DNA of 58,009 nucleotides from Planctomycetota bacterium (GTDB lineage Bacteria; Planctomycetota; Planctomycetia; JALXBF01): NCBI GenBank assembly GCA_026981825.1, contig JALSID010000227.1, positions 1 to 58,009 of the forward strand, read 5' to 3'. Shown piece by piece: positions 57,501 to 58,009 of this stretch (position 1 is its first letter; each line of letters starts with the position of its first letter). The notes under the pieces were generated by a model. It saw only the letters and a program-made list of their open reading frames with translations, ran no database searches and was not told where the DNA came from. The position numbers and the translations under genes were made by a program.

Positions 57501-58009
57501 TCGTTGCTCAGGAACTTCGTGTTCTTGATCTGGAGCTCGCCCTGGAGGCGTGTCTTGTCGGGCAGAGTGAGGTCGTCCTCTGAGTTCGCCGTGGCGACAT
57601 CGAGCATGTCCGTGCGGAGGAACTCGCCCCGACTGCCAAAGACCGGACCGATCAACCCGTCGTTGTTGTCGTCGTTCAAATGACCGGCAGCAATGGCGCG
57701 CGGTCCGGCCGTCTGCTGGCGGCGCCCCACTGCGAAGGGAGCCGAACCGTTCTTCACGAACCGCGATGAGGTCACGACGATGTCATCGACGTACCACCCC
57801 TCAAGCTCCACCGACGCGTTCGACTTGAACCGGAACCGGAAGCGAACGCTCTGTCCCGCCCATGGCGAGATGTCAAACACTTCGGATACGAAGGTCGGGT
57901 TCGCCTCGGAGGGGAAGTTGCCCGTCAGCGTTGCACCCGGCGTCTGGGGATCGGTGTCCGCCAGGATCCCCTGTGGGTTCCCAGGTACACCCAGCGGGAG
58001 CAGGGTGTT
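45536..58009 (-). CDS. Giant multidomain RTX surface or secreted protein (>4150 aa), 5'-truncated by the window edge
   Basis: Frame stays open for 43 more codons from 57880 to the edge (NTLLPLGVPG..). Visible order: jelly-roll, FG-GAP blade, beta-helix, Ig, BNR propeller, LamG, FG-GAP-like repeats, several Ig, two PPC-like domains, RTX nonapeptides. Confidence 0.93.
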   Translation of the reverse strand, partial: NTLLPLGVPGNPQGILADTDPQTPGATLTGNFPSEANPTFVSEVFDISPWAGQSVRFRFRFKSNASVELEGWYVDDIVVTSSRFVKNGSAPFAVGRRQQTAGPRAIAAGHLNDDNNDGLIGPVFGSRGEFLRTDMLDVATANSEDDLTLPDKTRLQGELQIKNTKFLSNEIGVRVQPVGIRGAGGVNATVSIPDPFRFDPNAMDALVPGVDIWNNVFLQNSVAVDLIGNQALAAPSPAIPYHRVVNNSFSINDIAIRLTDGAGPTVMNNIIANSTIIGLQGDSSSAPLTVAGFNLFWNNTVDTNLPPGQNNNPVYGDPRFVDPTSDLRIMRGSAAIDRALSNAADRLETERQAIDRSTGGAVLLVSAFRNPERTVPEPTFAAERVVTHDPRPGDFSTIDHDGLDRIDDPNTPNLGVGTDPFFDIGAYDLQDILPPLVQRFTVAPSSDTGEQDAFEPILTRHGRPLFRVLVTDDSNDVEGLRVELDTDGDGLFDDGVGFTRILRDVDGNPVLLPGTNLILAEALVQARFPLTDTDSRQIRVRVQDRSGNLSLPAVTTISIDSAPPEAGRVEIPDNLRQIRIPFVSGQAPDVTGPVTPVGGPDVNVSNDPSFGQSEVQVAVNPTNPQNLVAFTHRLGTSTMDVFYSFDGGLTWGRTPIDINVDGITANTRFDPAVEFDRYGNVYIAYGIETSLGGSVVVVGRSTDGGQTFEIEPVVFDAPTSGVFHDKWFIDIGPDAENPLQDNLYISWTRFADTNEDGVDDVADIVVSGSPVADENGPLPMNFVPPVPVQDVSPFPLSNGVVQLSDVAVGPNGELYVTWIQATSAASTDFRDKPIYVDVDPNGLAGGLNFGVDRLAAVTQMSFNQDLPAQSVRDVAPMITIDVDRSGGPNTGRLYMLWHNVGANRATDTDVFVQYSDDGGLTWSEPVQVHSQDPNDASQFNGTLDVDQATGAVVAIWYDTRNDPSNTGVNVFMSFSVDGGTTWEPEVQISDDLSVAPTSGVNGLNQYLEYIGLAAYNGVAHLAWTQAVGNDLETFADSAVFLVNIPNTDTTGQPETMLLLENDLRAYLQFDLEPGDFPLRFQPGDFPPIDVPDLSLYGNDASAVGDAFRVLNSGVRLAGNPVAESLESVFIRGPFDNRVEQEASAVTDLPLANDDLVFRAVEPGPAGNQISVEYRLSDTHPAPLSVAVNGSAIVVTLETDANGQVLSTAADVLAALQADPAASALIEVSLPPGEDGSDPVRPMPPVFLDGGKAYITVEDDPTGSLDLAAGPARLWARIPGENNDLLFTAVDPGPAGADVTIEYRDPGTPNNPLSVQVDGSSVTVLLATDADGNLDPAQNTAAAVRDAINAVAGTVVTAELAPGNDGTGAVVPLGATHLQRLDGSFTLQVTINPRDFGTRPQRPDPNIRPILAKHKDGTFDGGWVLYLENDPRHPDRLGGNRDFVVFEVFPVGRHRAATLQTNLEGQDNDLVFTAQQRGAAGNSIRIQYVVPTTPNPTPSLSVTTEAAQLTTAFPGDDNDIRFTAVTPGIEGNNYRIQFVAEGTNSPLRIVRSGDHFTVYLATDETGRPISTAAQVIAAWNAPTSPANGIITAALAPENPTGFGRVRPMPLQPLTGGEALISITLRNPGETTALEVRDLVNSHPVASTLVRAELAPGQNGSGAVTEMRPHALSGGEDTQKIRSATPLSQNEWYQLTITFNPDRQPLPTDEPGTWRIYINGDLDREGQLALRLSDTDEPLIVGGREGVYPTFDGYIDELRIFGRDLSQEAIRSFQNAELPATIEIIAAGGPEDLNQDGDIFNDGNEVRIRVVSVAGIEPGYLTLNVLDPRSGDPTQGELSGGELRIDRYRLIIHSNQGLTDLAGNPVAEQVLTFAVDLDDPVIRAFELDESSDTGVQLDSKTNQPRPLLRGIATDVFPGTTENMAVEIDITRIQDLRTGELLPILDADGQLDPIGDFDDGTAGVVTAADGTFFIEPLFDLCPEFSTCEVDIQLRVTDLAGNQSTQTLTIVVDRAAPRLTTTTPVGVRRAGGWVLDTNGNRVDDRPGDARVFYGAAGWMGITGDWDGDGATEIGVFNPETGEFQLDENGNLQPDDPIYAFGTGQRLIPVIGDWDGDGDDDLGTYDRVTGLWRLDLGGDRMPNELPFEFGAPGGTPLAGDFDPATPGDEIAIAYPDVDTGQLVWVVDANGNRVADDGAFAFGSVGDRPVVGDWDGDGLAEIGIFGSEDRDGDGLLDPGEDVDGNGLIDAIFALDLNENHVLENSEKFRYGELGAIPVIGDWNGDGKDEVGAFNQFLALWVLDLNANRTFDDTAFVFGAEADPPVVGDWDGDGVTDIGTFDELREIEVGASERLLVSRGKNWTIDLNGNFVVETSERDIFYGAPGAWPKTDSDGDGVPDYLGRAMSLGLAGDFTGTGQDVIVSFDAERSRWTVDFNGDLSRDVGETFQFGFFADANGNGVVDPGEGLDPQPTDLPLLGDFNGDGLAELGVVRFDVGSGKILWLLDQDGDHDLTPSEDANGNGVLDFGEDLDLDGVLDVSPVIRTFGNVGEIPIVGDWVGLGRTLIGSYDPTTSTFRLDVDGDGDETPDEDLDGDGVLDPVEDLDGDGFLDVAPLVFTFGPGDPNNMPVVGDWNNDGITEVGIATPDPAADELLWLLDTNGDHSTTGETQFPFGKAADLPIVGRFNPIAGDDVGVYSPAFGEFILDENNNRQDDDPVRPFGSPGDAIVLGDWDGDGRTDVAAVNEFYVGSVFNRDLYSLTGNVRGDLSAIVLGRIAYDTVPGPNQPGGRILIDLNTALIQPEVYTFSIDATTSPTPGALQDEAGNLLDGDFPGPGPYPAQFGFPTGDGELDDQDFVFDNPVITGGPGSFTVPMNLEFRLDPADDTGIDEPSALEGGVERTKNNRPTFIGQLLEPLPESLAGISVSLEVDGDGDFLDGVPGVFVQPDGSFTIAVDPSVTIEDGKVIPITVRLQDPTGNRTEKTIFIDVDTSPAQVTSFVLDNDTGVPGDNRTSETVLQFSGTVIDPFPGNPSVQEDVNALPGDVPEPLPKIMLDVDGDGEYDDGTAVVTDPDGDGIGTWSVTATVSLPDGTHVIHGQLIDRAGNVTDSRLDPDRFPPLTVVVDTTPPHIIDMVPGSGTNVAPSSIVITFDEIMRTDDPDHSVTNLANYELRRAGADHLLNTADDVIIPLTGITHTILPASGGLEPRSQVELQFDTLTVFDLYQLTVYAGASPYGGAGLQDTVFLALDGEFPGPGGLANPLPSGDGVPGGNFVRPFVYEAEPPTILSVELEPTDDTGVFGDNRTNLDQPHINVTVNDNFPGQLAGNLVYLELDGDGLFDDGFGATDASGFASVLVDPPLADGIYDVQVRVVDLAGNEAFAPPPALTIEVDTSAPTVTLQLAEDDGTPRPVRRTNDTTPTFIGLVRDIAPFDSLADVTGLTVELDIEGVGGDFTEGTVLTDANGAFLVTVNTTLPEGDYVARVRVTDKAGNVAISSPLEFTVDVTGPRVTNLDPYPEVNVNPTQIVVTFDSDDIDPATIIPANFSLVGALSGDVSNLMIIDPSNLSGNTLVIPLVSPLPNDSYTFTIEGDTSLEDLADNRIDGEFSGVFPSGDGVPGGDFVAVFDVVVPDRFEPNDTLDTATDHGRVVDVILDDLTIPTRPQVDVDVFRVTAAAPGTFQFTITVANPARADLQLEVLNSSGVVIGSASGGGSVRSVTVPVNAAGEQFFARITTLTGPSPYSLRITNHDVFDSTPTRDDTPATAATPTLPVYVIRNRRSVRGAVELMTRTFGDDDWYRFVAPTNGIVTVQLTTDPTISGDLDVEVFRASDLTTPLPCPIAACPPDRVDFFAAQGEEFLIHVTAASGTDDIGLYDLAITQMVNRVNSRLEITGTDLDDLIRTGVDTGDPRDILIRGGGLDIDTPYTAELVDAVLGSGPLTRVMIFGGDGDDELEAGEAVPQRVVSFGGYGNDRLLGGAGRDILRGEQGDDYVDGRDGNDVLVGAAGKDYLVGGEGNDTINAGSGNDTLIGNNGDDRLRGQGGDDLIYGDHELLPTGFGHDRILGGPGDDVIFAGRGNDIVAGQGGNDEIYGEGGKDELSGGAGNDLISGGVAKDIITGGAGRDTIQDGKGRDILYVDLAIDNLILDDTLNRILKDSRAVERDIVRRARG
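45641..46153 (-). repeat. RTX / hemolysin-type Ca2+-binding nonapeptide repeats
   Basis: Many GGxGxDxLx-type units (GGYGNDRLL, GGAGRDILR, GGEGNDTIN, GGPGDDVIF, GGAGNDLIS, GGAGRDTIQ). Confidence 0.93.
46405..47152 (-). other. Two pre-peptidase C-terminal (PPC)-like beta-domains
   Basis: DRFEPNDTLDTAT..DVDVFRV..ADLQLEVLNSSG..YSLRI and DDDWYRF..GDLDVEVF..LYDLAI. Confidence 0.7.
49797..51950 (-). repeat. Twelve FG-GAP/VCBS-like repeats (PVxGDWDGDG..IGxF..WxLDxNGN..FG)
   Basis: Twelve GD(W/F)xxDG-type cores counted in the translation, some degenerate (GDFDPATPG, GDFTGTG, GDWVGLG, GRFNPIAG). Confidence 0.85.
52698..54827 (-). other. LamG / concanavalin A-like domain interrupted by inserted modules
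   Basis: Fragments LRAYLQFD..DLSLYGND / YITVEDD..SLDL / SFTLQVTINP..ILAKH..GWVLYL / IRSATPLSQNEWYQLTITF..IYINGDL..PLIVGG..FDGYIDELRIFGRDLS join into one canonical LamG. Confidence 0.75.
54885..56210 (-). other. BNR / Asp-box beta-propeller (sialidase-like fold)
   Basis: Four Asp boxes: YSFDGGLTW, RSTDGGQTF, YSDDGGLTW and FSVDGGTTW; starts with SEVQVAVNP. Confidence 0.85.
56725..57540 (-). other. Right-handed parallel beta-helix with choice-of-anchor-Q-like tail
   Basis: IKNTKFLSNEIGV, IWNNVFLQNSVAV, VVNNSFSINDIAI, VMNNIIANS, FNLFWNN, DPRFVD, SAAIDR and DIGAYD. Confidence 0.75.

Overview
GC-rich bacterial chromosomal segment, most likely from a planctomycete (inferred from DUF1598, a sulfatase, a Tat-exported Gfo/Idh/MocA enzyme, a GHL10-like protein, an FHA-sigma54 activator and a giant RTX surface protein). 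About 45 kb is housekeeping and carbohydrate or metal metabolism: galK, PduO-type adenosyltransferase, purine nucleoside phosphorylase, DUF1998 helicase, mgtE, thiS-thiG fusion, DinG, FabF-like synthase, an mntR-troABCD Mn/Zn operon with repressor-fused permeases, an ECF sigma/anti-sigma pair and an ApbE cluster. The last 12.5 kb is the 3' part of a >4150-aa RTX protein that runs off the window edge. I found no tRNA, rRNA, transposase or CRISPR array. The four strongest leads: (1) the giant protein is built by nested domain insertion: an Ig domain hosts a BNR propeller and a LamG domain, the LamG carries four sheath-like modules (one inside another), and a second Ig domain hosts a 12-repeat FG-GAP-like block; (2) an ApbE / FGE-fold / Tat-dehydrogenase cluster whose FGE-fold protein has DAVTRPT, a possible non-canonical flavinylation site; (3) an orphan Csx1-like CARF-HEPN RNase with an extra C-terminal CARF-like domain, divergent from an Mrr_N-only protein; (4) a near-consensus sigma54 promoter that could drive a ~320-nt structured, GGA-rich non-coding RNA. 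All family assignments are by-eye motif recognition; no searches were run.
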